Origin: an uncultured Acidobacteriota bacterium
Lineage (GTDB): Bacteria > Acidobacteriota > Thermoanaerobaculia > UBA5066 > DATFVB01
DNA length: 64,000 bases
Reading direction: 5' to 3'
Assembly: GCA_963813155.1 (NCBI GenBank)
Contig: CAWEYG010000003.1
Span: forward strand, 352,001 to 416,000
The first letter of the stretch is position 1. Each line of letters starts with the position of its first letter. Of the stretch, positions 8,816 to 20,719 are shown piece after piece. The translations under genes and the position numbers were made by a program. The notes below the pieces were generated by a model. The model saw nothing but the letters and a program-made list of their open reading frames with translations, did no database searches and was not told the DNA's origin.

Positions 8816-9430
8816 TCATATCGTCTCGCCGGTGACGATCAGCATGAGCGTGGTGCCGCCGACCTCGAACTCGCCATAATTCTCGAGGTCCGCCCTTTCG
8901 ATTCGCCCCCCGCTGACGAACGTGCCGTTCGTCGAAGCGAGATCCACGAGAGTCACGATGTCGTCAGCGATTTCGACGGCGGCGTGCTCGCGCGAAATCT
9001 CCGAGTCGGAGAGCGCAACGTCGGCTCCCGTACGCCCGATGACAACGCGAGGCTTCTCGATGGGGAAATTCCGGCCCGAATCCGCGCCCGAGATGACCGC
9101 GAGCGAGAGTTTCTTTCCGGCGGGGAGCCTGAGATTCTGCGCCGGCATGGCCGCCCGGAGCTTCGCCAGGACGTACTGCTTCGTCGTTTCGCTCGGAGGG
9201 GGGCTGTCGTGCTCGGGCCTTCTCATCTGGGTCGTATCGCCCGCGCCGACCGGCGCCGGATTCACGACCGGCGGCTCCGGCCGCGTTTCGGAGCGCAGGG
9301 CGACCTCGGGGTTGTGCACCTCGAAGACGGTCTCGCACTTCGTGCAGCGGATTCTCTTCGACGCCTTGCCGTCGAACCGCGACTCCTCGTAGCGATACTT
9401 CGCCCCGCACGAGGCGCACGCCACGATCAT
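8816..9430 (-). CDS. MJ0042-type zinc-ribbon plus FHA domain protein
   Basis: CASCGAKY...[10 protein letters not shown]; FHA motifs [19 protein letters not shown]. Confidence 0.85.
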   Translation of the reverse strand: MIVACASCGAKYRYEESRFDGKASKRIRCTKCETVFEVHNPEVALRSETRPEPPVVNPAPVGAGDTTQMRRPEHDSPPPSETTKQYVLAKLRAAMPAQNLRLPAGKKLSLAVISGADSGRNFPIEKPRVVIGRTGADVALSDSEISREHAAVEIADDIVTLVDLASTNGTFVSGGRIERADLENYGEFEVGGTTLMLIVTGETI

Positions 9431-9514
9431 GACCGAAGTCCCTTCGCCGTTGTATTCCGTGTCATCGTGTCGAGAGGCCCCTGGGAGGCATTCTCCCATC
9501 GGCCGCGCGGGAGA

Positions 9515-10646
9515 TCAAGCGTGGACCCGCTCGAGCGCTCTCGCGAGAGCATCGATCACTCGCGGAATTTCCTCCTCGCGGTTGTCCTTCCCGAACGAGA
9601 AACGCAGGGTGGACTTCGCCTCTTCGCGGGTCGCGCCGAGGGCAAGGATCGCGGGCGACGGCTTGCAGCGTCCCGGACGAGCACGCGGACCCAACCGACA
9701 CCGCGATGCCCGCAAGGTCGAGAGAGATCAGCAGGCCCTCTCCCGAGAAACCCGGGAACGCGACCGCCGACGTGTTCGGAAGGCGGAGCGACTCCCGGCC
9801 CCAGATCCTCGCGCCCTCGAACCGGGCGGCCAGCTCCGATTCGAACCGGTCGCGCAGGCGGCCGATACGCTCCCTCGATTCCGACCCCTCCTCGGCGATC
9901 AGCCGGGCGGCCTGGCCGAACCCCACGATTCCCGCGACGTTCTCCGTTCCGCCGCGCCGGCGGCGCTCCTGGCCGCCCCCCGGGAAGAGGGGCTCCAGAT
10001 CGATTCCCTTTCGGGCGTAGAGCGCGCCCGTTCCCTTCGGGCCGTAGATCTTGTGCGCGGAGAGGGAGAGGAGATCGACCCCGAGCCGGCGGACGTCGAT
10101 CGGAATCCGGCCGAGCGCCGACACCGCGTCGCTGTGGACGACGGCCCCGCGCTCCTTCGCCATCGGGGAGATCTCCGCGAGCGGGAAGACCGTCCCGTAC
10201 TCGTTGTTCGCCGCCATTACCGAAACGAGGGCCGCGGCCCCTTCGAGGGCCTTCCGCACGGAATCGGGGTCGAGACGGCCGGTCCGGTCGACGGCGATCA
10301 CGCGAGTCGGATACCCTTCGGCGGCGAGCCGGCGAACGTACTCCGACACGGCCGGATGTTCGACCGCCGTCGTCACGATCGCCGAACCCCTTTCGAACGA
10401 CCTCGCGAGCGAGAGGGCGAGCGCGTCGCTTTCGGTCCCCCCGGAGGTGAAAATGATCTCTTCGGCGGCCCCCGCTCCGATCAGGGCGCCGACCTGCTCG
10501 CGGGCCTCCTCGACGGCCCGGCGGGCTGCCCGTCCGGCCGAATGGACCGAAGACGGGTTTCCCCACGAACCTCTCAGGAACGGGTCCATCGCGGCCGCGA
10601 CGCGGGGGTCCACGGGCGTTGTTGCGTTGTGGTCCAGGTAGATCAC
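9515..10646 (-). CDS. iscS: Cysteine desulfurase (IscS/NifS); apparent frameshift near 9665
   Basis: IYLDHNATT, FTSGGTES, SAHKIYGPKG, GSACSSG; C-terminal LRFSFG in second frame. Confidence 0.9.
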
Positions 10647-10723
10647 GAAGAGGATTCTAACTTCTCCAAAAAAAAGGAATAGTGTGTATTTTGACCGCGT
10701 TAGGATGCAATATCGAGGCTGGA

Positions 10724-13700
10724 ATGCGAATACCGAAATCGATCCGTTTTGTCCTTCTCCTCGCGGGATTCTTCTGTTCGGGCGGTTTTCCGAGCCGCGT
10801 CTTCGGCGAAGACCCGCCGCGCGACGAATCCGTCACGGCCGCTCCCCTGACGAAGGAGGAGAAACAGTGGCTCGACGACGTCGCTCCCCTGATGACGAAG
10901 GAGGAGAAGCGCGTTTACAGCTCTCTCGCGACCCCGGGCCAGCGGACGGCTTTCCGGGACGAGTTCTGGGCCCTGCGCGAGCGGGACGGTCTTCGCCCGC
11001 CCTTCGGCCCGAACTTCAAGAGCCGGTACGAATCGCGGCTCGAGATCGCGAACGCCGACTACGGCGGCCGAAAAACCGACGCCGGACGAATCGTTCTCGC
11101 CCTCGGCGAGCCGACGAGCGTTCTCAAGATCGAATGTGCGGGCGTGAACATCTTTCGCCCGATCGAGATCTGGGCGATGCCGCCGGCCGAAGGGCGCCAG
11201 GTCCCCCAGCGGCTCATCTTCTACCGGGACTACGAGTCCGGCCCCTTGAAGCTCTGGACGCCGATCCTCGGGCAGGAAGTCCTGCTGCAGCCGCTGGAGA
11301 GAGGAACTTCGACCCCGAAGCTCAGCAGCTCTTCAACGCGAGCCGCGACGCCCAGCAGATGTTCTCCGCGCGGTGCGGGCCGAGAGCCACGGAACCCGCG
11401 TGCGACCACGAGTGCGACGTTCTGTGGCCGACGATCATTTCGATGCGGAATTACGGAAACCTCGGCGCGGAGAGCTTCGTGGCCTCGCTCGCGCAGATTC
11501 CGTCCCCTCCGGAAGGGGACTGGAACCACTGGCGGTCGCGGTTCGTCGAAGGGAGTCCATCCCTGGCCCCCTCCACGGCGGCCGCGGCCGGCCCCCTCTC
11601 CGGAATTGTCGACGACTCCGTCGCCGATATCGCAGGAAGAGAGGCAGTGGATCGAGGAAGAGGTGGCCCCGCTCGCGACCGAGGACGAAAAGAGGCTCTA
11701 CCTGGGCCTTCCGTCGCCGAACCAGCGCACGGAGTTTCGCGCCGAATTCTGGCGGACGCGGGAAAAGGAAGGCGCGAAAGCCCCCTTCGGACCGGGATTC
11801 AAAAATCTGTACGAGACTCGCTTCCGGCTCGCCGAGGAAAAATACGGCGGCTGGAAGAGCGATCAGGGCAGGACCGTCCTGACGTTCGGCGTTCCGACGC
11901 AGGTGCTCCCGATCGAGTGTTCGGACGAGTTTCGGCCGATCCAGATCTGGGTTCTGGCGGCGGCGCCCGGACAGCCCGAGCCGCCGCGGCTCGTCTACTA
12001 CCGCGATTTCGACGGGGGCCCGTGGAAGTTGTGGACGCCGGTCATCGGCGAGGACGCCCTTCGCGTCCCTGGCCCGAAAGCGGATTGCAAGCCCGAGATC
12101 CGCGAAGTCCCTTCAGGCGGCGCTCCGCGGCCTGAGAGCCCCGGGGACGTCGGGCATTCTGGAGGAAGTCGGCCAGTTGACGGCATTCCGGCAGCCGCCG
12201 GAGACCGATTGGAACGCGTGGAAGACCCGCCTCGCCGGAAACGGTGCGCCCGCGGCTCTTTCGTCGATCGGCGTCTCGCCGGCGGCGGCCGAAACGCCGG
12301 TCTCTCCCGCCCGGAAACTCACGCGGTCCGACCGTTCGCAGCTCGAGAAGGCCCTGCCGGAGAAGTATCGGGAGTGGCTCTCCGACGTCGAGATGATCAT
12401 GACCGACGCCGAGCGCGACGTCTTCCTCCAGGTCAAGGACAGCATCGAGCGCGACAAGTTCATCGAGGAGTTCTGGCGCCGGCGCTCGATCGACAAGGAC
12501 GGCGTGCGTACGAACTTCCGCGAGGTCTACCGCGCGCGGACCGAATACGCGAGGGAGAATTTCAAGAACCTCTGGTCGGACGCCGCCAAGGTTTACGTCC
12601 TCAACGGCCCCCCGGACGCCATCATCCCGATCGATTGCTCCGAGGTCTTCGTTCCGATTCGAATCTGGTACTACGAACGCCTCGAAGCGTTGCGAAGCAA
12701 GGTGTACCTGATTTTCTACGAGCCGTACGGCGTCCCCGGCGACTGGAAGCTCTGGCTGCCTCTCGACGGGGTCGAGAAGCTCGCCGTCCGCGGGAGTTAC
12801 GACCCGCGCGCCGCGGAATCGCGCTGCTTCGACGCGCGCACGCTGCAGCAGGCGATCGCCGCCGAGAACGCGACTCTCGGAAACGGAATCTCCGGAATGG
12901 CGGAGGCCACGAAGATGTTCGTTCCCCCGCCGGTCGAGACGGAAGGAATCGACCGTTTTCTCGGCCTGACGACGCAGCTGGATGCGGGCGCCGCCTCGAT
13001 CCCGGTCGAAAAGACCTTCCTTTTCCCCGAGGAGAGGGACGGAAAGATCGCGTGCGACATCTCGGTCCTCCTCCCGCGAAAGGATCTTGCGCTGCGCGAT
13101 CTCGGCGACGAGAAGTTCTACGACATCGACCTCATCGGGGAGATCGTTCAGAACGACCGGCTCCTCGACAACTTCAAGTACCGGTTCGACATTCCTTCCG
13201 ACGAGGTCGGCGGCGACAAGCTCCCCCTCACGCTGAGGCGGTACCTCTTTCCGGGCCAGTACGAGTTGCGACTCAAGGCGGCCGACTCCAACCGAAAGGG
13301 CGAGGGACGGTTCGCGCAGGCGTTTCGAGTTCCCGAGAAGCCGGACGCCCCGGCGGCGCTCGTCGCCTCCGCCAGCCTCACGCGCAACCCCGGCGTTCTT
13401 CCGACGGGGGATTTCCGCCCCTCGGCGATCTCGATCCTGCCTCCCGTTCGGGAAATCCTGACCGGACTCCAGCGATTCGAGACGAAGTCGGCGGAAGGAA
13501 TCCTCGCCGTCGATTTCTTCCTCGACGGCATCAAAGTCATGACGCGGACGAAGTCCCCCTTCGACGCCGATCTCAACCTCGGCCCGCTGCCCCGCCGCCA
13601 CGCGGTCAAGGTCGTCGCCTACGACCGCCAGGGCCGCTCGGTCGGCGAGGACGAGCTCAACATCAACGAGGGAAGCGAGTCGTTTCGCGTGAAGATCATC

Positions 13701-14750
13701 GCTCCGCGCCGCGGGACCAACGCCTCCGGCCCGACGACGGTCGTCGCCGATGCGACGGCCCCCGAAGGGCACAAGATCACGAAGATGGAGTTCTTCTCGA
13801 ACAACACGAAAGTCGCGACGCTCTTCCAGCCCCCCTGGCAGCAGATCGTCCCTTTCCACAGCACCGGATCGCTCGGTTACGTCCGGGTCGTCGGGACGCT
13901 CGACGACGGGCTCATCGCCGAAGACCTTCGGTACGTCAACGCGCCGGCGTACATCAGCGAAGTCAACGTGGACGCCGTCGAGCTCTACACGTCCGTGACC
14001 CGCGGAAACCGGCCCGTCGAAGGCCTCGCGGAGACGAACTTCAAGGTCTTCGAGGACGGGAAGGAACAGCAGATCGCGCATTTCGAGCACGTCACGAACC
14101 TGCCCCTCACCGTCGGAGTCGCGATCGACACCTCGGCGTCGATGATCGAGAACCTTCCGGCGGCCGAGAAGGCGGCCGTGGATTTCATCGGCGCGACGCT
14201 CGGCGAAAAGGACCGCGGATTCACGATGTCGTTCGACGACTCCCCGTACACGCTGTGCAAGCTGACGAACAACCGCGAGAGGCTCGGCCGCTCGTTCGCC
14301 GGTCTTCGCGCCGAAGGCTCCACCGCGCTCTACGACGCGATCGTCTACGCGCTGTACCAGTTCCAGGGGGTCCGCGGGAAGAAGGCGCTCGTTCTCCTGA
14401 CCGACGGAAAGGACACCACCTCGAAATACGAGTTCGACACGCTGCTCGACTACGTGAAAAAGGCCGGCGTCGCGGTTTACGCGATCGGCCTGAACATCTC
14501 GAAGGCCGAGCTCGAAGTGAAGTCGAAACTCAATCGCATGGCGGAGGCCTCGGGCGGAACGACGTTCTACATCGACAGTACCCGAAGCCTTCAGAATGTT
14601 TACGGCCAGATCAACAGCGAGCTCCGGACGCAGTACCTGCTGACGTATTACTCGACGAACCCGTCGACCGACAACAAGTGGCGGCGGATCGAGATCAAGA
14701 CGAACCCGACCGCGCTGCTCGCAAGGACGATCTCCGGGTACTACCCCTAG
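10724..14750 (+). CDS. Exported protein with three GWxTD-like domains, Ig-like domains and C-terminal VWA; apparent frameshifts near 11300, 11590 and 12110
   Basis: Signal-like N-terminus; repeated W...EFW..R blocks with GGRKTDAGRI, GGWKSDQGRT, LWSDAAKVYVLNGPPD; VWA DTSASM, TALYDAI, LLTDGKD. Confidence 0.75.
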
Positions 14751-14753
14751 GTC

Positions 14754-15659
14754 TCAGACTTCCGGGTTCACGATCTGCGTCAGGAACCCCTCGTCCTCGC
14801 GCCAGTTCTCTCGCGTGCGGACGCGGAGGTCGAGGTAGAACCGCCCCCCGAAGCGCGCCTCGCACGCCGTGCGCGCGGCCGTGCCGATCTCGCGGATCAT
14901 CGAGCCTCCCCGGCCGATGACGATCGCCTTCTGCCCCTCGCGCTCGACCCAGAGCGTGGCTTCGACGACCGTGAGGCCCTTCTCTTCGTCGAGCCGCAGG
15001 TCGTCGACGACGACCGCGAGAGAGAAGGGCACTTCCTCCCGAGTCAGCGCGAGCGCCGGCTCCCGGATCTGTTCGGCGATCTTCTCCCGGAGGGGGCCGG
15101 GATCGGGCTCCTCCGCGGGGAAAAGGGCCGGCCCCTCTGGCAGCTGGGCCACGATCACCGTCATGAGCTCTTCAACTCCGTCGCCCGTACGGGCGGAGAT
15201 CGGCACGAGGTGGGAAAACGGCGCCAGGGCCGACAGCTCCGAAAGCTGAGGCAGGAGCTTCGATTTTGCGACGCGGTCGATCTTGTTCAGCGCCAGCACG
15301 GAGGGAGGGCCTCCCTCGCCGCGGAGGCGCTCCGCGATGCGGCGCTCGCCCGCGCCGTGCTTCTCCGACGCGTCCACCACGAAGAGCACGGCGTCGCAAC
15401 CCGCCATCGCGTCGAACGCGTCGCGAACCATCGCCGCGTTCATGCGGTGTTCGGGTCGGTGAATGCCGGGAGTATCGACGAGGACGATCTGGGCGCCGGG
15501 ACGGGACGCGACGCCAAGAATCCGCTTTCGGGTCGTCTGGGGCTTGTCCGAAACGATCGCCACCTTCGTTCCCACGAGCCGGTTGACGAGGGTGGATTTT
15601 CCGGCGTTCGGGAGGCCGACGACGGCCACCATGCCGGACCGGAACGGCGCTTCAGACAT
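14754..15659 (-). CDS. era: GTPase Era
   Basis: GLPNAGKSTL, KPQTTR, DTPG, NKID, KH domain VIGRGG. Confidence 0.95.
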   Translation of the reverse strand: MSEAPFRSGMVAVVGLPNAGKSTLVNRLVGTKVAIVSDKPQTTRKRILGVASRPGAQIVLVDTPGIHRPEHRMNAAMVRDAFDAMAGCDAVLFVVDASEKHGAGERRIAERLRGEGGPPSVLALNKIDRVAKSKLLPQLSELSALAPFSHLVPISARTGDGVEELMTVIVAQLPEGPALFPAEEPDPGPLREKIAEQIREPALALTREEVPFSLAVVVDDLRLDEEKGLTVVEATLWVEREGQKAIVIGRGGSMIREIGTAARTACEARFGGRFYLDLRVRTRENWREDEGFLTQIVNPEV

Positions 15660-16887
15660 TCGACGCCGGCACCGCGGCCTCGGCGACCGGTTCGACGCGC
15701 ACGCGAAGCACGCGCCGGCGGTCCGCTTCCTCCACGATGAATCTCAGCGCGTCTTCCTCGCGCTTCTCGCCGACCTTGGGGATCCGACCGAGTCTCGCCG
15801 CGAGAAACCCGCCCAGGGTGTCGAACTCCTCGTCTTTCGGGCCCCGGCCGAACAGCTCGTGGAGAATCTCGACGTGAGTCTTTCCGGAGATCGAGTAGGC
15901 CCCGCCGGGCAGCTCGACGACGGCCTCGCCCTCGTCCTCGTGCTCGTCGGCGATCTCGCCGACGATCTCCTCGAGAAGGTCCTCGATCGTAACGAGCCCG
16001 GAAACACTGCCGTACTCGTCGACGACCACCGCAATCGCGAGATGCTTCCGCTGGAATTCCCGCAGGAGCTCCGCCGTCTTCTTCGTCTCGGGCACGAAGT
16101 GGACGGGCCGCGCGATTTCGGAGAGCGTTCGCGACACGTTGCGCCTCACCGCCTCGAAGACGTCCTTCACGTGGAGGATCCCCGTCACCTGGTCGATCGT
16201 TCCCTTGTACACGGGAAGGCGCGAATACTTCGTCTCGACGAAGAGGTCCGCCACCCGATCGAGGGACGTCTCGTCTCCCACCGCGACGAGGTCGGTCCTC
16301 GGCGTCATCACTTCCTTGACAGTGGTGTCCCCGAAGTCGACGATCGAAAGGAGGAGTTTTTCCTCTTCCCGTTCGAGGATCCCCTCCTCCCGCCCGACTT
16401 CGATATAGGCCTGGATTTCTTCGTCGGAGGCCGGCCCTTCGTCCTCCGTTCTCGCTTCGAAGATCGCCCGCACGGGCCATGCGAGGGGGCGGATCACCCA
16501 GGAAAAAAGGGAAATGGCCGGATGAAGGCTCGTCAGGAGCTTTTCGGGCGCGGCCCCGGAGACTGCCCGCAGGAGCGCTCCCTCGATCAGCAGCCAGCCG
16601 AGCAGAAATACCGCCCCTCCGAGCATCCAGGGAGCGGGGACATCGAGAGCCGTCAGCCCGCGAATGAGCGTCCAGAGGCCGGCGAGCAGCAGAATCTGCA
16701 CGAGCACCTTCAACGTCGTCTTGACGACCGCCGGCTCCTCTTTGCCCGAAAGCAGAGACAGGGCCTTCGGATGCTCGTCCAGGAGCCCGCGGAGCTTGAT
16801 CGGCGAGAGCCGGTCGAGCGCCTGGTAGAACAGCTCGAAGAGCAGGAAGCCGCAGAGACAGAGGGCCGAAAGAAGAAGGGAAATCAT
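15652..16887 (-). CDS. Hemolysin/CNNM-CBS-CorC family protein
   Basis: N-terminal TMs; VKEVMTPR, YSRLPVY, VVDEYGSVSGLVTIEDLLEEIVGEI. Confidence 0.9.
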   Translation of the reverse strand: MISLLLSALCLCGFLLFELFYQALDRLSPIKLRGLLDEHPKALSLLSGKEEPAVVKTTLKVLVQILLLAGLWTLIRGLTALDVPAPWMLGGAVFLLGWLLIEGALLRAVSGAAPEKLLTSLHPAISLFSWVIRPLAWPVRAIFEARTEDEGPASDEEIQAYIEVGREEGILEREEEKLLLSIVDFGDTTVKEVMTPRTDLVAVGDETSLDRVADLFVETKYSRLPVYKGTIDQVTGILHVKDVFEAVRRNVSRTLSEIARPVHFVPETKKTAELLREFQRKHLAIAVVVDEYGSVSGLVTIEDLLEEIVGEIADEHEDEGEAVVELPGGAYSISGKTHVEILHELFGRGPKDEEFDTLGGFLAARLGRIPKVGEKREEDALRFIVEEADRRRVLRVRVEPVAEAAVPASNV

Positions 16888-17303
16888 CGAGCCGTCGAAA
16901 GCCGGCGCCGCAGCTTTCCCTCGAGCTCGTCCATTTCGCCCCCGTCCGTCTCGTGGTCGTACCCGAGCAGGTGGAGCAGTCCGTGGAGAAGGAGTTTTTC
17001 GACGATCTTCGGGAACGTCGACCGGACCTGCCGCGCCTGCCGCCGGGCCTCGGGCGCCGAGACGATCAAGTCGCCGAGGAAACCCTTTCTCCGTTCCCCG
17101 GAGGGGAAGGACAGCACGTCGGTCGTCCTGTCCTTGTGCCGGTACGTTCGGTTCAGCCGCCTCATCGCGGAATCACCGCAATAGAGAACGGAAATCTCCG
17201 CCGCCGAATGTCCGGAGAGCGCAAGGGCGCGATTCAGGAACTTCTTCGTTCGCGCGGCCGGGTACCCCGGGCGCTTCAGGGTCGATCGAACGTCGACCTT
17301 CAT
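16884..17303 (-). CDS. ybeY: rRNA maturation RNase YbeY
   Basis: LNRTYRHKDRTTDVLSF, HGLLHLLGYDH. Confidence 0.93.
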   Translation of the reverse strand: MKVDVRSTLKRPGYPAARTKKFLNRALALSGHSAAEISVLYCGDSAMRRLNRTYRHKDRTTDVLSFPSGERRKGFLGDLIVSAPEARRQARQVRSTFPKIVEKLLLHGLLHLLGYDHETDGGEMDELEGKLRRRLSTAR

Positions 17304-19615
17304 TTGACATGCAGCCGGACGGTGTCGCTCCCGCGGCGCGAGGACGGCTCGGGTTTTTCCAGCGCATTGAAATCGAAGCCCGGATAATCGATCCGGTGGT
17401 GAAACATCGTCGTCACCGTGCGGATGAGGGACTCCTGGATCGCCGTGAGGTCCCCCATCGTGAGGTCGCAGGAGTCGAACTGGCCGTCGCGGAGGCAATC
17501 GCTGCCGATCGCCCGGACCATCGCGGAGATCTTCGCGGGCGTGGGCTCGACGAGCGTCCGGGAAGCCGCCTCGACCGCGTCCGCCAGCATCAGGATCCCC
17601 GTGATGCGGTTCGAGGGTTTCGGCCCGGGATACCGATAGTCCGACTCCAGGATTGGCGGGGATCCGGCCTCGACCCGGGAAAGAGCCTTCTGGTAGAAGT
17701 AGCGAATCAGTTTCGTGCCGTGGTGCTCCCGGATGCCCGTCACGATCGGCTCGGGAAGCCGAGATTTTCGGGCCAGCTCGACGCCTTCCTTGACGTGGGA
17801 CGCGATGATCAGGGCGCTCATCGAGGGCTCGAGCCGGTCATGGCGATTGAAGCCCCGCGGCTGGTTCTCGATGAAGTACTCCGGCATCTTCGTCTTCCCG
17901 ATGTCGTGGTAGTAGGCGCACACGCGGGCGAGCAAGGGGTTCGCGCCGACCGCTTCGGCCGCGGTTTCCGCGAGATGACCGACCATCAGCGAGTGCTGGT
18001 AGGTCCCGGGCGCCTCGAACGCAAGGGTCCGAAGAGCCGGCAGGTTCAAGTTCGAAAGCTCCAGCAGGCGGATGTCGGTCGTGACATGAAACAGGGTTTC
18101 GAAGAGGGGCACCAGAAAGGCCACGAGGGCCGCGACGACGAGCCCTCCGGCCGCCGCGCTCGCCATGTCCGCGAGCAGGGTCGCGGCGTCTCCGGACAGG
18201 GCGTGCCAGATGGAAACGACGAACACGTTGGTGCCGGCCACGATCGCGCCCATTCCGAACAAAACGCTGCGCGAGCCGAGGCGTTTCATTCCGTAGATTC
18301 CCGCGAGCGATCCGGCCAGCGCGAAGAGTGCGAACTGGAAGTTCAGGCCGAGGAGAATTCCCGCGCCGACCGCCTGGATGGCCGCGAAAAGGACCGCGGG
18401 CCCGGGTCCGGCCCCGGCCACGAGAACGGCGACGATCGGCCCGGCCGCAAACGGCAGGGCCAGGGAATCGGACGAAAGCGCGTCGGAAGAGAAATTCGCG
18501 GAGAGCAGCTGCGCGACCGTGAACCCTCCGCGCATCACGAGCGCGAACACGATACCGACGGCGAGCAGGGGAAGCAGGGTCGAGGGCTCCTTGCGCATCG
18601 TGCGCGCCCGAACCTGGCTGTCGATCCAGAACGCGAGAGCGGCGAGGATCTGAATGCACACGACGCCGAGGAGCCGCCACCAGGGTTGCGGTTCGGAGGC
18701 CGAGCCCTGGACCGCGCCGATGATTCGCGCCGTCCGGGGCGTGATGAGATCTCCCCGGCGGACGATCGCCTGGCCTCGGGGGATCTTCACGAGGACGCTC
18801 TCGACCTGGCGGGCCGCGAGCTCCCGTCGCCGCGTGGTTTCCGCCGCGTTGTAAGTCAGGTTCGGAGTCAGGGCCGAGGCGAGAAACGCCGCGACCTCGC
18901 GAATCTCGGACGGGGTCAGCTTTCCCCCGGCGAGCTCCGCGGCGACGAGCGACTTCGTGTCCGACCCGTACTCCGCAGTCGAAAAGAGATCCACCGTCGT
19001 CCGCTCGGTCCCGGTCGCGGTATCGCGGAGCGTCACGCCCCGGTCACGGTTCTGAAGAAGGAGCTCCTTGTTGTCGACGATTCCGTCGCGGTACAGGCGC
19101 GCCGCGCTCGCGATCAGCCGGGCTTCGAGCTCGCCGGAGAACCGGTCCCGGGCGAGCGCTTGAAACGCCTCGTCGCCGATCGGCATCGTGAATCCGTCCC
19201 GGGCCGCCTCGAGGGTTCCCCGCTTCTTGCCCGACTGCGCGAGCCGCTCGGCCTCCCGGGCGCTCGCGAAAGACTTCTGGAGCCGGTCTTCGAGGCGCGC
19301 CGCGGCCTGGGTGTCGCGGTCGTAGACCGGCCGAACGGCAGCCGCCGCCTCGACTCTCTTTTTCTCGGTCGAGTCGGAATCCGGAAGAATGTAATCCTGC
19401 GCGGCGACGACGTCCCGACGCGCGATCGTGCCCGATTTCAGCTTCGTCGCGCGAAACGAGATCGCCGGCGCGAAACACAGGGACGTGACGGCGACGTAGA
19501 GCACCGTCCAGAGGGCGGTTCGATCCCGCCAGGAACTGCGGCGCGACCCGTCCGATTCCCTCTTCCGCCGAAAGGGAAACAGGCGCAATCGCGGGCGGGA
19601 GGGGCGGGAGTCCAT
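17300..19615 (-). CDS. 7TM-HD (HDIG) phosphohydrolase, PgpH-like
   Basis: Extracellular domain, 7TM region, APGTYQHS, YYHDIGK, FIENQ, EHHGT, MLADAVEAA. Confidence 0.9.
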   Translation of the reverse strand: MDSRPSRPRLRLFPFRRKRESDGSRRSSWRDRTALWTVLYVAVTSLCFAPAISFRATKLKSGTIARRDVVAAQDYILPDSDSTEKKRVEAAAAVRPVYDRDTQAAARLEDRLQKSFASAREAERLAQSGKKRGTLEAARDGFTMPIGDEAFQALARDRFSGELEARLIASAARLYRDGIVDNKELLLQNRDRGVTLRDTATGTERTTVDLFSTAEYGSDTKSLVAAELAGGKLTPSEIREVAAFLASALTPNLTYNAAETTRRRELAARQVESVLVKIPRGQAIVRRGDLITPRTARIIGAVQGSASEPQPWWRLLGVVCIQILAALAFWIDSQVRARTMRKEPSTLLPLLAVGIVFALVMRGGFTVAQLLSANFSSDALSSDSLALPFAAGPIVAVLVAGAGPGPAVLFAAIQAVGAGILLGLNFQFALFALAGSLAGIYGMKRLGSRSVLFGMGAIVAGTNVFVVSIWHALSGDAATLLADMASAAAGGLVVAALVAFLVPLFETLFHVTTDIRLLELSNLNLPALRTLAFEAPGTYQHSLMVGHLAETAAEAVGANPLLARVCAYYHDIGKTKMPEYFIENQPRGFNRHDRLEPSMSALIIASHVKEGVELARKSRLPEPIVTGIREHHGTKLIRYFYQKALSRVEAGSPPILESDYRYPGPKPSNRITGILMLADAVEAASRTLVEPTPAKISAMVRAIGSDCLRDGQFDSCDLTMGDLTAIQESLIRTVTTMFHHRIDYPGFDFNALEKPEPSSRRGSDTVRLHVK

Positions 19616-19617
19616 GA

Positions 19618-20605
19618 TCAGCGGGCGCTGTTCGCGGAATTCGACTGCCGGCCGTTCTCTTCCGATTCGTAGGCCGCGACGATCTTCTGCACGATCGGGT
19701 GCCGGACAACGTCCCGCTCGTTGAAGGTCACGAACCCGATCTCCGGAACGTCGGACAGGATTCGGCGTGCCTCGCGAAGACCGGAAGCCTTCCCCTGCGG
19801 CAGGTCGACCTGCGTGACGTCTCCCGTGATGACCGCCTTGGAGAAGAAGCCGATCCGCGTCAGAAACATCTTCATCTGTTCAGTCGTCGTGTTCTGGGCT
19901 TCGTCCAGGATGATGAAAGCGTCGTTGAGGGTGCGGCCTCGCATGAAGGCGATCGGAGCGACTTCGATCACTCCCCTCTCCAGCATCTTGCCGGTTTTCT
20001 CGTAACCGAGGATGTCGTAAAGGGCGTCGTACAGCGGCCGAAGGTACGGGATTGATCTTCTCGACGAGATCGCCCGGAAGGAAGCCGAGCCTCTCCCCGG
20101 CCTCGACCGCCGGGCGGCAGAGGACGATCCGCTTGATCTTTCGCTCGAGGAGAGCGGCCGCGGCCATCGCCACCGCGAGATACGTCTTTCCCGTGCCGGC
20201 CGGGCCGATCGCGAAAACGACGTCGTGCTCGGACACGGTTTTCAAGTATTCGCGCTGCTTCGCGTTTCGCGGCGCGACGACGGCCCGCAACGCGGGGCCG
20301 AGAAAGTCTCCCGAAAAGAATTCCGTGAGGGAAGCGGTCGGGTCCTGTTTCAGGACGGAAATCGCCGTCACGACGTCCGTTTTCTGCAGGGGGAATCCGC
20401 GCTGCAACAGCTCGGACAACTCCGCCAGCATGCGCTGCACGACCGGAACCTGAGGGCCGTCGCCGACGACCGAGATCTCGGTCCCCCGCGCCTTCAGTTT
20501 GACGCCGAAGGACTCCTCGATCGCGCGGAGATTCTCGTCGAGCCTGCCGAAAAGCGCCGAAATCCCGGCCTCCGGAATCGAGACGCTCTGTAAAATCTCC
20601 GAGAT
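19618..20605 (-). CDS. PhoH-family ATPase (YbeZ-like); apparent frameshift near 20050, start uncertain
   Basis: [48 protein letters not shown]. Confidence 0.9.
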
Positions 20606-20719
20606 CGTTTCCCTCCCGGCGGAACCGTTCCCGCCAGCCGAAAGGCTACCACCCCCGCGGGAGGGGCGCAAATACGAGGGCCCGCCGAAGCGGGCCCCAA
20701 GATACTCGAAGGAAAAGAG

